Source of the DNA: Gemmatimonadales bacterium
GTDB taxonomy: Bacteria; Gemmatimonadota; Gemmatimonadetes; Gemmatimonadales; GWC2-71-9
Assembly: GCA_036391215.1 (NCBI GenBank)
Contig: DASWAI010000084.1
Span: 1-39,958 of the forward strand
Length of the DNA: 39,958 bases
Reading direction: 5' to 3'
The first letter of the stretch is position 1, and each line of letters opens with the position of its first letter. Shown one piece after another: positions 27,844 to 35,140 of the stretch. Position numbers and translations under genes: made by a program. Below the pieces are notes generated by a model. That model was not told the origin of the DNA. It searched no databases and worked only from the letters and a program-made list of their open reading frames with translations.

Positions 27844-28185
27844 ATGAGGATCTATGTGATGTTGCCTGCAGCCATTGAGCAGGAGCGGCTCCACCTGGCC
27901 GAGCGGCTCCTCTCGGAAATCCAGCGCCGTCACGCCTTGCCCAGGTCCCAGCAACTTCCACTCAGTCCCTTCCTCGTTGATCGCTTTCTCGCCGCTTATC
28001 TTCCCGAGATCCGGGAGGGCGAGCCCGCGCCGCGCGCGGTGGAATACGCGTTCACGCCGACCATCGACGAGGCGATGAGCCTTCTGCGCGACGTCGTGAC
28101 CCAGTCCCCCGGCGGTTGGGGAACAGCCATCTACATCCACGATCTCGATACCGGTGTTCCCGTCGAGCACGAAGTGACCGGCTAG
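27844..28185 (+). CDS. Hypothetical protein (orphan, 113 aa)
   Basis: An internal ATG of track ORF 27730..28185. The sequence looks protein-like (MRIYVMLPAAIEQERLHLAERLL...AIYIHDLDTGVPVEHEV), but third-position GC is visibly lower than in its neighbours and I recognise no motif. Confidence 0.4.
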   Translation: MRIYVMLPAAIEQERLHLAERLLSEIQRRHALPRSQQLPLSPFLVDRFLAAYLPEIREGEPAPRAVEYAFTPTIDEAMSLLRDVVTQSPGGWGTAIYIHDLDTGVPVEHEVTG

Positions 28186-28274
28186 ACGGAGCCCACCCGT
28201 GCGACGGGCGGCCCGGTGCGCCGGCGCCGCCCGTCGTCTTCCTTACCCGCACCCGCAACGGACGCCGATCACCT

Positions 28275-29276
28275 ATGGTCAGCCGCTGGAAGGTCCGGCT
28301 CGCCCTGTCGCTCCTCGCCGCCGGCCCGGCGAAGGCCCTGCCCGCGCAGACCGCGGGCGCCACGGCCGCCGATCTCGCCGTTCGCCTCGCCGGCATGACG
28401 GCCGTGACCGGCTACGAGCAGCGGATGGTGGACACCCTGCTCACCCTGCTCCCGGGCTCCGAGCGCGACCGCGCGGGAGACGCGGTGCTCGCGCTCGGGA
28501 GCGGCGCGCCCCGCAGGCTCGCCGCCTGCCCCGTGGACGAGACCGGCTACGCCGTGGGCCAGGTGCGGCCCGACGGGTGGCTCACGCTGCACCGCTCGCC
28601 GGTGAGGCTGCGGGTTCCGGGCCCGCTCTTCGACCAGCAGCTCGAGGGGCAGCGGGTGACGGTGTTCGGGAGGCGCGGCGCGGTCCCGGGCGTGGTCGCC
28701 ATCCGGTCCATCCACCTCACCCGTGGGCGCGCATCCATTCCGAACGAGCCGTTCACGTCGGACGACGGGTTCGTCGATATCGGCGCGGCCAGCGCCCGCG
28801 GAGTGGCGGCACTCGGCGTCGGCGTGCTGAGCCCGGTGGCGCTCGCCAAGCGACCGCACCGCTACGGCAGCGACCGGCTGGCGGCCCCGATGGCCGGGCG
28901 GCGGGCGGCGTGCGCGGCGCTGCTGGCAGCGGTCCGGCGGATGACGGCGGGCCGGGGGACGGCACCGGCGCCGGCGCCGGGCACGACGGTGGTCGCGTTC
29001 GTGGTGGAGCAGCAGCTCGAGGCGCGGGGCCTGCTCACGGTCGCGACCACCCGGGGTCCGTTCGACGAGACCTGGATCGCGGACGACTCCGCGGGCGTCG
29101 CCGCCATCGAGGCCGCCACGCTTCCGGCGGGCCCGCGCGCGGCCCTCGGCCGGGTCCATGGCTGGGAGGTCGGCACGAAGTACCCCGGCACGGCGGTCGA
29201 GACCGTTTCCCTCGGCGAGGTGGAGCAGACCAGCGCGACGATCGCGGACTGGCTCCGTGGGGAGGCCGGCCAATGA
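28275..29276 (+). CDS. M42 peptidase-like protein lacking metal-binding/catalytic residues (predicted inactive paralogue), with signal peptide
   Basis: It aligns by eye with the downstream M42 protein, but AHMDEIG is CPVDETG, MDDRVG is MAGRRA, REEIG is EQQLE, and YAHSP is YPGTA. N-terminal signal MVSRWKVRLALSLLAAGPAKALPAQ. Confidence 0.7.
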   Translation: MVSRWKVRLALSLLAAGPAKALPAQTAGATAADLAVRLAGMTAVTGYEQRMVDTLLTLLPGSERDRAGDAVLALGSGAPRRLAACPVDETGYAVGQVRPDGWLTLHRSPVRLRVPGPLFDQQLEGQRVTVFGRRGAVPGVVAIRSIHLTRGRASIPNEPFTSDDGFVDIGAASARGVAALGVGVLSPVALAKRPHRYGSDRLAAPMAGRRAACAALLAAVRRMTAGRGTAPAPAPGTTVVAFVVEQQLEARGLLTVATTRGPFDETWIADDSAGVAAIEAATLPAGPRAALGRVHGWEVGTKYPGTAVETVSLGEVEQTSATIADWLRGEAGQ

Positions 29277-30358
29277 CATGCCCCGTCATCGCCCTGCTCG
29301 GGCTCGCCCTGGCCGGCCCGCTCGCCGCCCAGGAGCCCGCGCGCATCGCGGAAGCCCAGGCGGTGCTCGCGCCGCTGATCGAGAGTTACGGGGTCTCCGG
29401 CAGGGAGGGCCCGGTGCGCGCGACAGTGGAGCGGCTGCTCCCCCCCTGGGCCCGGGCGGAGACCGACACCGCCGGCAACCTCTGGGTCCGCGCGGGCAAG
29501 GGCGATCCGGTGGTCGTCTTCGTCGCCCACATGGACGAGATCGGCTTCCTGGTGAGCGGCATCCGGGACGACGGCTCGCTCGACCTCACCCGGCGCGGCG
29601 GGTTCTTTCCCTCGCTGTTCGAGGCGGAGCCCGCGCTGGTGCATACCGAGGCCGGCCCGGTGCCGGGCGTGTTCACCCCCCGCGACTCGGCGCCCGCGAG
29701 CCCGCGCCGCATGCCCGGGCCGTTCCGGGTGGATGTCGGGACCACGTCCCGCGCGGCCACCGAGGCGCTGGGGGTCGAGGTGGGCCAGGGCGTGACGATG
29801 CCCAAGCACTACACCCGGCTCGCGGGCACCCGGGCCAGCGGGCGCGCGATGGACGACCGGGTGGGCTGCACCGCGCTGCTGCTGGCGCTCCGGCACCTCG
29901 ATCCGGCCCGCCTCCGGCACGAGGTCGTGTTCCTCTTCAGCGTGCGGGAGGAGATCGGGCTCGAGGGCGCGGAAGCGGCGGCCGCCGCGCTGGGGACGCG
30001 GACGCGGCGGGTGCACGCAATCGACACGTTCGTGTCCGCCGATTCCCCGCTCGAGCCGCAGGCCTTCGCGGTGGCGCCGATCGGCCACGGCCCGGTGGTC
30101 CGGGCGCTGGACCAGAGCTCGGTCACGCCGCCGGCGCTGGTGGACTCGGTCGTGGCTCTGGCGCGCGGCCGGGGGATCCCGCTCCAGACCGGCGCCACCA
30201 ACGGCGGGAACGACGGCTCGGTCTTCGGACCCTGGGGCGTGCCGGACGTTCCGATCGGCTGGCCGCTCCGCTACGCCCACTCCCCCGCGGAGGTGGTGGA
30301 TCTCGAGGACGTGGCGCATCTGGGCGACGTGATCGCAGCGCTCGCGGAGCGCTGGTAG
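29273..30358 (+). CDS. M42 family metallopeptidase (TET/FrvX/YsdC-like aminopeptidase), with signal peptide
   Basis: All hallmark motifs are present: VAHMDEIGF, GRAMDDRVGC, SVREEIGLEGA, HAIDTF, GGNDG, LRYAHSPAEVV. Its ATG overlaps the upstream stop (ATGA at 29273-29276). Signal MTCPVIALLGLALAGPLAAQ. Confidence 0.85.
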   Translation: MTCPVIALLGLALAGPLAAQEPARIAEAQAVLAPLIESYGVSGREGPVRATVERLLPPWARAETDTAGNLWVRAGKGDPVVVFVAHMDEIGFLVSGIRDDGSLDLTRRGGFFPSLFEAEPALVHTEAGPVPGVFTPRDSAPASPRRMPGPFRVDVGTTSRAATEALGVEVGQGVTMPKHYTRLAGTRASGRAMDDRVGCTALLLALRHLDPARLRHEVVFLFSVREEIGLEGAEAAAAALGTRTRRVHAIDTFVSADSPLEPQAFAVAPIGHGPVVRALDQSSVTPPALVDSVVALARGRGIPLQTGATNGGNDGSVFGPWGVPDVPIGWPLRYAHSPAEVVDLEDVAHLGDVIAALAERW

Positions 30359-30400
30359 CGCCCGGACGGAGGTGCCCCGGCGCGCGGAGGCCCCGCGCGC

Positions 30401-30429
30401 TTGCATCCGCGCACGCAAGATTGCATAAT
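30401..30429 (+). promoter_or_regulatory. Putative sigma70-like promoter of the arg operon
   Basis: TTGCAT (30401-30406), a 17-nt spacer, then CATAAT (30424-30429). The -10 element ends 8 nt before the argG ATG, and no SD is present. Confidence 0.45.
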
Positions 30430-30437
30430 AATGCATT
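30420..30437 (+). promoter_or_regulatory. ARG-box-like operator (putative ArgR binding site)
   Basis: ATTGCATAATAATGCATT compared with the E. coli ARG-box consensus wNTGAATwwwwATTCANw. Only the two symmetric C/G positions differ. It is the only AT-rich palindrome in the region. It overlaps the -10 element and abuts the argG ATG. A CTTGCAT half-site recurs exactly 20 bp upstream. Confidence 0.5.
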
Positions 30438-31628
30438 ATGCGAACGCGCGGCCCACTCGCCCTCGCCTTCTCGGGCGGCCTCGACACCAGCTTCTGCGTC
30501 CCCCGGCTCGCCGAGGACGGGTGGACGGTGCACACCGTCTACGTGAACACCGGCGGCGCGAGCGCCGCCGAACGCGTCGCGATCGCCGCCCAGGCGCGCG
30601 CGGTGGGTGCCGCCGAGCACCATGAGGTGGACGCCCGCGCCGCCGTCTTCGATCGCTTCGTCCGGTTCCTGATCCAGGGCAACATCCTCCGGGGCGAGGT
30701 CTATCCCCTGAGCGTCTCCGCCGAGCGGACGCAGCAGACGCTCTCGGTGGTGGAGACGGCGCGGGCCATCGGCGCCACGGCGGTGGCGCACGGCTCCACC
30801 GGGGCCGGCAACGACCAGATCCGCTTCGACGTCGCCCTCCGCGTCCTCGCGCCCGAGCTCGAGATCGTCACGCCCATCCGCGACCTGGGCGTCACCCGCG
30901 AGCAGGCGGTGGCGTACCTGAAGGCGCGCGGCCTGCCGGTGCCGGAGAAGGCCGGCGCCTATTCCATAAACCGGGGCCTCTGGGGCACGACCTGGGGCGG
31001 GGGCTGGACCCACGACACCTGGGCCGGCCCGCCGGACGAGCTGCTCGAGCCGCCCGGCGGCGCGCCGGCGGCGCGGGAGATCGTGCTCGGCTGGACCCGC
31101 GGCGTGCCCGTGACGCTCGACGGCGCCGCGCTCGACGGCCCGGCGCTGGTGGAGCGGCTCAACCAGCTGGCCGAGGCCTACGGCTTCGGCCGGGGCATCC
31201 ACGTGGGCGAGACGGCGCTCGGCATAAAGGGCCGGATCGGGTTCGAGGCCGGCGCCGCGCTGGTGCTCATCGCGGCGCACCGGGAGCTGGAGAAGCTGGT
31301 GCTCACGCGGTGGCAGAGCTACTGGAAGGACCAGCTTGGCCGCTTCTACGGCGACCGCCTGCACGAGGGCCAGTACTTCGACCCGGCGCTGCGCGACATC
31401 GAGGCGCTGATCACCAGCTCGCAGGCGCGGGTGACCGGCGAGACCCGGGTGCGGCTCGCGCCCGGCCGGTTCCAGGTCGTGGGGACCCGCAGCCCGCACT
31501 CGATGATGGACCGGAGCGTCGCCACCTACGGCGAGGAGAACCGGCTCTGGACCGGCGACGAGGCCCGCGCCTACGCCCGGATCGCCGCGATTCCCTCGCT
31601 GCTCGCAGCGCGGGCGAGCAGCAAATGA
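30438..31628 (+). CDS. argG: Argininosuccinate synthase
   Basis: LAFSGGLDTS, AHGSTGAGNDQIRF, and the expected length (396 aa). The in-frame TAA at 30429-30431 rules out a longer N-terminus. Confidence 0.95.
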   Translation: MRTRGPLALAFSGGLDTSFCVPRLAEDGWTVHTVYVNTGGASAAERVAIAAQARAVGAAEHHEVDARAAVFDRFVRFLIQGNILRGEVYPLSVSAERTQQTLSVVETARAIGATAVAHGSTGAGNDQIRFDVALRVLAPELEIVTPIRDLGVTREQAVAYLKARGLPVPEKAGAYSINRGLWGTTWGGGWTHDTWAGPPDELLEPPGGAPAAREIVLGWTRGVPVTLDGAALDGPALVERLNQLAEAYGFGRGIHVGETALGIKGRIGFEAGAALVLIAAHRELEKLVLTRWQSYWKDQLGRFYGDRLHEGQYFDPALRDIEALITSSQARVTGETRVRLAPGRFQVVGTRSPHSMMDRSVATYGEENRLWTGDEARAYARIAAIPSLLAARASSK

Positions 31629-31664
31629 GCCCCAAAGCTGAAAGAGATCACCACAGCTGCAACT

Positions 31665-31742
31665 GCGAACCACAGAGGCACAGAGGCACCCAGTTGATCA
31701 CTCTGTGGTTTACCTCCGTGGCTCCGTGCCTCTGTGGTTTGC
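31665..31742 (+). repeat. Repeat-containing hairpin in the argG-X spacer (possible internal terminator/attenuator or processing site)
   Basis: GCGAACCACAGAGGCAC (31665-31681) pairs with GTGCCTCTGTGGTTTGC (31726-31742), 16 of 17 positions. The decamer CTCTGTGGTT is present twice (31701, 31730). There is a tandem CAGAGGCA duplication. The stem is followed by the T-rich TTTGCGGTTTCTT. Confidence 0.6.
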
Positions 31743-31785
31743 GGTTTCTTGCTGGCGTGCGATTCGCCGAATGGAGGAGCCCCGA

Positions 31786-32949
31786 ATGGTCGTAACCACG
31801 CGGGTGAAGCTGGACCGGATCTCATCGTCCACGCGCAACGCGCATCTCGGCGCGGAGGTGATTGTGGGCGACCAGATCATCGCGGCCGAGGGGTACGTGC
31901 TCGCCGTCCGAATTCTGGACGACAAGGCCACGTACAACACGATCGAGGATACCGGCGGGCGGATGGTGTCGCTCCGCGCCGGCGACGTGCTGGCCGGGAC
32001 GCTCGGCACCCGCCGCGCGCTACGGGGCTACGCCGGGGTCGTGCCCCCGACCATCGCCGTGGGCGACACGATCGAGGTGCTGAACCTCGGCGGGATCCTC
32101 GGCCGCTGCACGTCGGTCAACCCCGAGATCGGTCCCCCGTTCAAGGCCGAGGTGCTGGGCGCGATCCTCACCTTCCCCGAGCTGGGCGACAGGATCGGCC
32201 GGCCCGCGCACATCAAGGACCTGGCCGTACCTCCGGCCGAGCGGCTGGAGAGCGCCATTCCCGTGGTCTACGTCGCCGGCACCTGCATGAACGCCGGGAA
32301 GACGGTGGCCGCGACCGAGCTGGTGCGGGGGCTCGCGCGCTCGGGGCTCCGCGTGGCCGCGGCCAAGCTCACCGGCGTCTCGCTCATGCGGGACGCGCTG
32401 TCCATGCAGGACGCCGGCGCCGTGGCGGCGCTCACCTTCAACGACGTGGGGATCGCCAGCACGCACGCGGGGGTCACGGTCACCACGGCCAAGGGGATCT
32501 TCAACCGGCTGGCGCAGGCCAAGCCCGACGTCATCGTGGCCGAGCTGGGCGACGGGATCCTGGGCGAGTACGGCGTGCAGGACATCCTGCGCGACGCCGA
32601 GCTCACCGGGGTCGGCGCGGCCTGGGTGATGGCGGCGCCCGACCCGGTCGCCTGCTGGGGCGCCGCCGAGCTGATGCAGCGGGAGTACGGGCTGCCGATC
32701 ACCGCGATCACCGGCCCGGCCACGGACAACGAGGTGGGCAACGTCTACATCACGGCCGAACTCGGGCTCCCGGCGCACAATGCGCGGCGGGACGCGGCCG
32801 GGCTGGTGGCCCGGGTGCGCGAGGCGCTGACGAGCTGGGCGCAGGCAGCGGCGGGGGTCGGCCCGAGGGGGGTGCGCCCCGAAGCGCTGTCGGCTGGCGC
32901 GGAGGGGCGCGCTCCCCTCACGGCGACCCCCGCCGCAACCGTCGCGTGA
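31786..32949 (+). CDS. Uncharacterised protein with a BioD/CobB/DUF1611-like P-loop domain, embedded in the arg operon
   Basis: ATG at 31786 is preceded by GGAGGAG with a 6-nt spacer. Its stop overlaps the argC GTG (GTGA). It has high-GC3 coding, a P-loop AGTCMNAGKT (aa 164-173) followed by GLRVAAAKLTG, and DVIVAELGDG. It has no GNAT, ATP-grasp or kinase motifs. Confidence 0.75.
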   Translation: MVVTTRVKLDRISSSTRNAHLGAEVIVGDQIIAAEGYVLAVRILDDKATYNTIEDTGGRMVSLRAGDVLAGTLGTRRALRGYAGVVPPTIAVGDTIEVLNLGGILGRCTSVNPEIGPPFKAEVLGAILTFPELGDRIGRPAHIKDLAVPPAERLESAIPVVYVAGTCMNAGKTVAATELVRGLARSGLRVAAAKLTGVSLMRDALSMQDAGAVAALTFNDVGIASTHAGVTVTTAKGIFNRLAQAKPDVIVAELGDGILGEYGVQDILRDAELTGVGAAWVMAAPDPVACWGAAELMQREYGLPITAITGPATDNEVGNVYITAELGLPAHNARRDAAGLVARVREALTSWAQAAAGVGPRGVRPEALSAGAEGRAPLTATPAATVA

Positions 32950-33986
32950 AGGTCGCCGTCGTCGGCGCCGGCGGGTACGTCGGCGGCGAGTTGCTTCGCC
33001 TGCTGCTCCAGCATCCGCGGGTGACCGAGTGCACGGCGACCAGCCGGAGCCAGGCGGGGAAGCCCATCGCCGACACCCATCCGGCGCTGGCCGGCCTCAC
33101 CGACGCCCGGTTCTCGGGGCAGTCGGCGGGCGAGGCGGCGCGGGGGCAGGACGTCGTCTTCCTGTCCCTGGAGCACGGCGAATCGTCCGCCGTCGCGGGG
33201 GAGGTCCTGGATGCGGGGCCCGGGCTGGTGGTGGACCTCGCCGCGGACTTCCGGGTCGAGGACCTTCGCCTCTACGAGCGCTACTACGGCCCGCACGCGG
33301 CGCCGGCGCTCGTGCCCCGGTTCGTGTACGGGCTGGCCGACGTGCGGGGCGAGCGGTTGCGGGGGGCCCGCGCGATCGCGGCGCCGGGCTGCTTCGCCAC
33401 CGCGGCGCAGCTCGCCCTGTATCCGCTGGCGCGGCTGCGGCTGGACGCGGCGCCCGCGCTCTTCGCGGTGACGGGATCGAGCGGGGCGGGCGTGCACCCG
33501 AAGCCCACCACGCACCATCCCATGCGGGCGCACAACCTCTTCGCCTACTCGGTGCTGAGCCACCGGCACGAGGCGGAGGTGCTGCTGCGCTGGCGGGAGT
33601 GGACCGGCCGGCCCGACGCCGCGGCGCGGCTGATGACGCACTCGGGACCGTTCGTTCGGGGCATCCATCTCACCCTGCACGCGTGGCTCGCGCCCGGGGC
33701 GCTGCCCGACGGGACGGCGTCGGTCACCGAGCTGTACCGGCTGGCGTTCGAAGGCCGACCGTTCGTGCGGGTGCTCGACCGGCCCCCGGAGCTCACCCAC
33801 GTCGTGGGGACCAACTACGCCCTGCTGCACGCGGCAGCGGACGGTGACGGTCGCGAAGTGCAGGTGATGGTGGTCATCGACAATCTGGTGAAGGGGGCCG
33901 GCGGCCAGGCGATCCAAGCGATGAATCTCGCACTGGGCATTCCGGAGACCGAAGGGCTCTCGGGAGGAGGGATCTACCCATGTTGA
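32946..33986 (+). CDS. argC: N-acetyl-gamma-glutamyl-phosphate reductase
   Basis: VKVAVVGAGGYVGGELLRLL, the catalytic Cys segment APGCFATAAQLAL, and IDNLVKGAGGQAIQ. Confidence 0.9.
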   Translation: MKVAVVGAGGYVGGELLRLLLQHPRVTECTATSRSQAGKPIADTHPALAGLTDARFSGQSAGEAARGQDVVFLSLEHGESSAVAGEVLDAGPGLVVDLAADFRVEDLRLYERYYGPHAAPALVPRFVYGLADVRGERLRGARAIAAPGCFATAAQLALYPLARLRLDAAPALFAVTGSSGAGVHPKPTTHHPMRAHNLFAYSVLSHRHEAEVLLRWREWTGRPDAAARLMTHSGPFVRGIHLTLHAWLAPGALPDGTASVTELYRLAFEGRPFVRVLDRPPELTHVVGTNYALLHAAADGDGREVQVMVVIDNLVKGAGGQAIQAMNLALGIPETEGLSGGGIYPC

Positions 33987-35140
33987 ACAGCGAGTCGGTG
34001 GGGCCGTCGCCCCACCTCCTTCCCGTGTACGCCCAGATGCCGGTGCGGCCGGTATCGGGGCGGGGCTCGTGGCTCTTCGACGAGGACGGCCGGGAGTGGC
34101 TCGACGCCTACGGCGGGCACGCGGTCGCCTCGACCGGGCATTGCCACCCGCACGTGGTCCAGGCCATCGGGCAGCAGGCGGCGACGCTGCTCTTCTATTC
34201 CACCGCCGTCCCGCACCCCAACCGGGAGCGGCTGGCGGACCGTCTGGCCGCGCTCTGTCCCGACCCGCTCGCGCGGGTGTTCTTCTGCAACTCGGGCGCG
34301 GAAGCGAACGAGAACGCCCTCGCCATCGCCCGGCGGCACACCGGCCGGCAGATGATCGTGTCGCTGCGCGGCGGGTGGCACGGCCGGACGGCCGCGACCC
34401 TCGCGATCACCGACGGCGCCAAGTACGAGGAAGGGGCCCGGCGCGCCGGCGTGCCCCTGTCGCGCAAGGTCCCGGTGGACGACGTGGCCGCGCTGGACGC
34501 GGCCGTGGACGAGACGATCGCCGCGGCGGTCATGGAGCCGGTGCAGGGGCTGGCCGGCGCGCGCGACCTGAGCGTCGAATTCCTGCGCGCGGCCCGGCGG
34601 CTCTGCGACGCCCGCGGCGCGCTGCTGGTGTTCGACGAAGTGCAGTGCGGCGTCGGCCGGTGCGGGGCGTTCACCGCGGCGGAAGCGTGCGGCGTCGTGC
34701 CCGACGTCCTCACGCTCGCCAAGGGGCTCGCCTCCGGGCTCCCCATCGGCGCGGTGATGACGACGCCGGCGATCGGCGACCGGCTCGCGGTGGGCGACCT
34801 CGGCAGCACCTTCGGCGGCGGACCCGTGCCCTGCGCCGCCGCGCTGGCCACGCTCGACGTGATCGAGCGGGAGAATCTGATCGCCAACGCCATCGAGGTA
34901 GGCGACTACATCCGGGCCGGTGCGCTCGCGCTGGGCATTCCGGCCGTGACGGGCCGCGGGCTCCTCGTGGGGCTCAGGCTGGGCCGGCCGGCCGTGCCGG
35001 TCCAGCGGGCGCTGTTCGAGCGTCGCGTGCTCACGGGCACGGCCAGTGATCCCGAGGTCCTGCGGCTGATGCCGCCCCTGTCGTTCAGCCGCCGCGAGGC
35101 GGACCTCCTCCTCGGCGCGCTCCGGGAGGTGCTGGAGTGA
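33980..35140 (+). CDS. argD: Acetylornithine aminotransferase (class III PLP aminotransferase)
   Basis: CNSGAEANE, FDEVQCGVGRCG, and the PLP-lysine segment LTLAKGLASGLPIGA. Its position in the arg operon supports the call. It overlaps argC by 7 nt. Confidence 0.9.
   Translation: MLNSESVGPSPHLLPVYAQMPVRPVSGRGSWLFDEDGREWLDAYGGHAVASTGHCHPHVVQAIGQQAATLLFYSTAVPHPNRERLADRLAALCPDPLARVFFCNSGAEANENALAIARRHTGRQMIVSLRGGWHGRTAATLAITDGAKYEEGARRAGVPLSRKVPVDDVAALDAAVDETIAAAVMEPVQGLAGARDLSVEFLRAARRLCDARGALLVFDEVQCGVGRCGAFTAAEACGVVPDVLTLAKGLASGLPIGAVMTTPAIGDRLAVGDLGSTFGGGPVPCAAALATLDVIERENLIANAIEVGDYIRAGALALGIPAVTGRGLLVGLRLGRPAVPVQRALFERRVLTGTASDPEVLRLMPPLSFSRREADLLLGALREVLE

Noticed and set aside
28199-29272. 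The long upstream extension of the M42 peptidase ORF (track ORF 28199..30358).
   Set aside because: It is an out-of-frame shadow of the degenerate M42 paralogue and is RPG-rich. The real start is the ATG at 29273, followed by a signal peptide.
30400-30417. A second full ARG box immediately upstream of the AT-rich one, by analogy with tandem boxes in E. coli.
   Set aside because: Only the CTTGCAT half-site matches. The centre is GC-rich (CCGCGC) and the right half is poor. I treat it as a possible half-site, not a box.
31625-31795. A 56-codon ORF starting with an ATGA overlap on the argG stop. It has two CxC pairs (HHSCNCE, APCLCG) and three rare Arg codons. I considered it as a LysW-like amino-group carrier protein or an arginine leader peptide.
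   Set aside because: It lacks the acidic EDWGE-type C-terminus and the CPxC zinc ribbon of LysW. Its codon usage is atypical (AGA, AGG, TTT, GCT, TTG). It is made up largely of the repeat/hairpin element and runs out of frame into gene X. The leader-peptide idea remains a weak possibility only.
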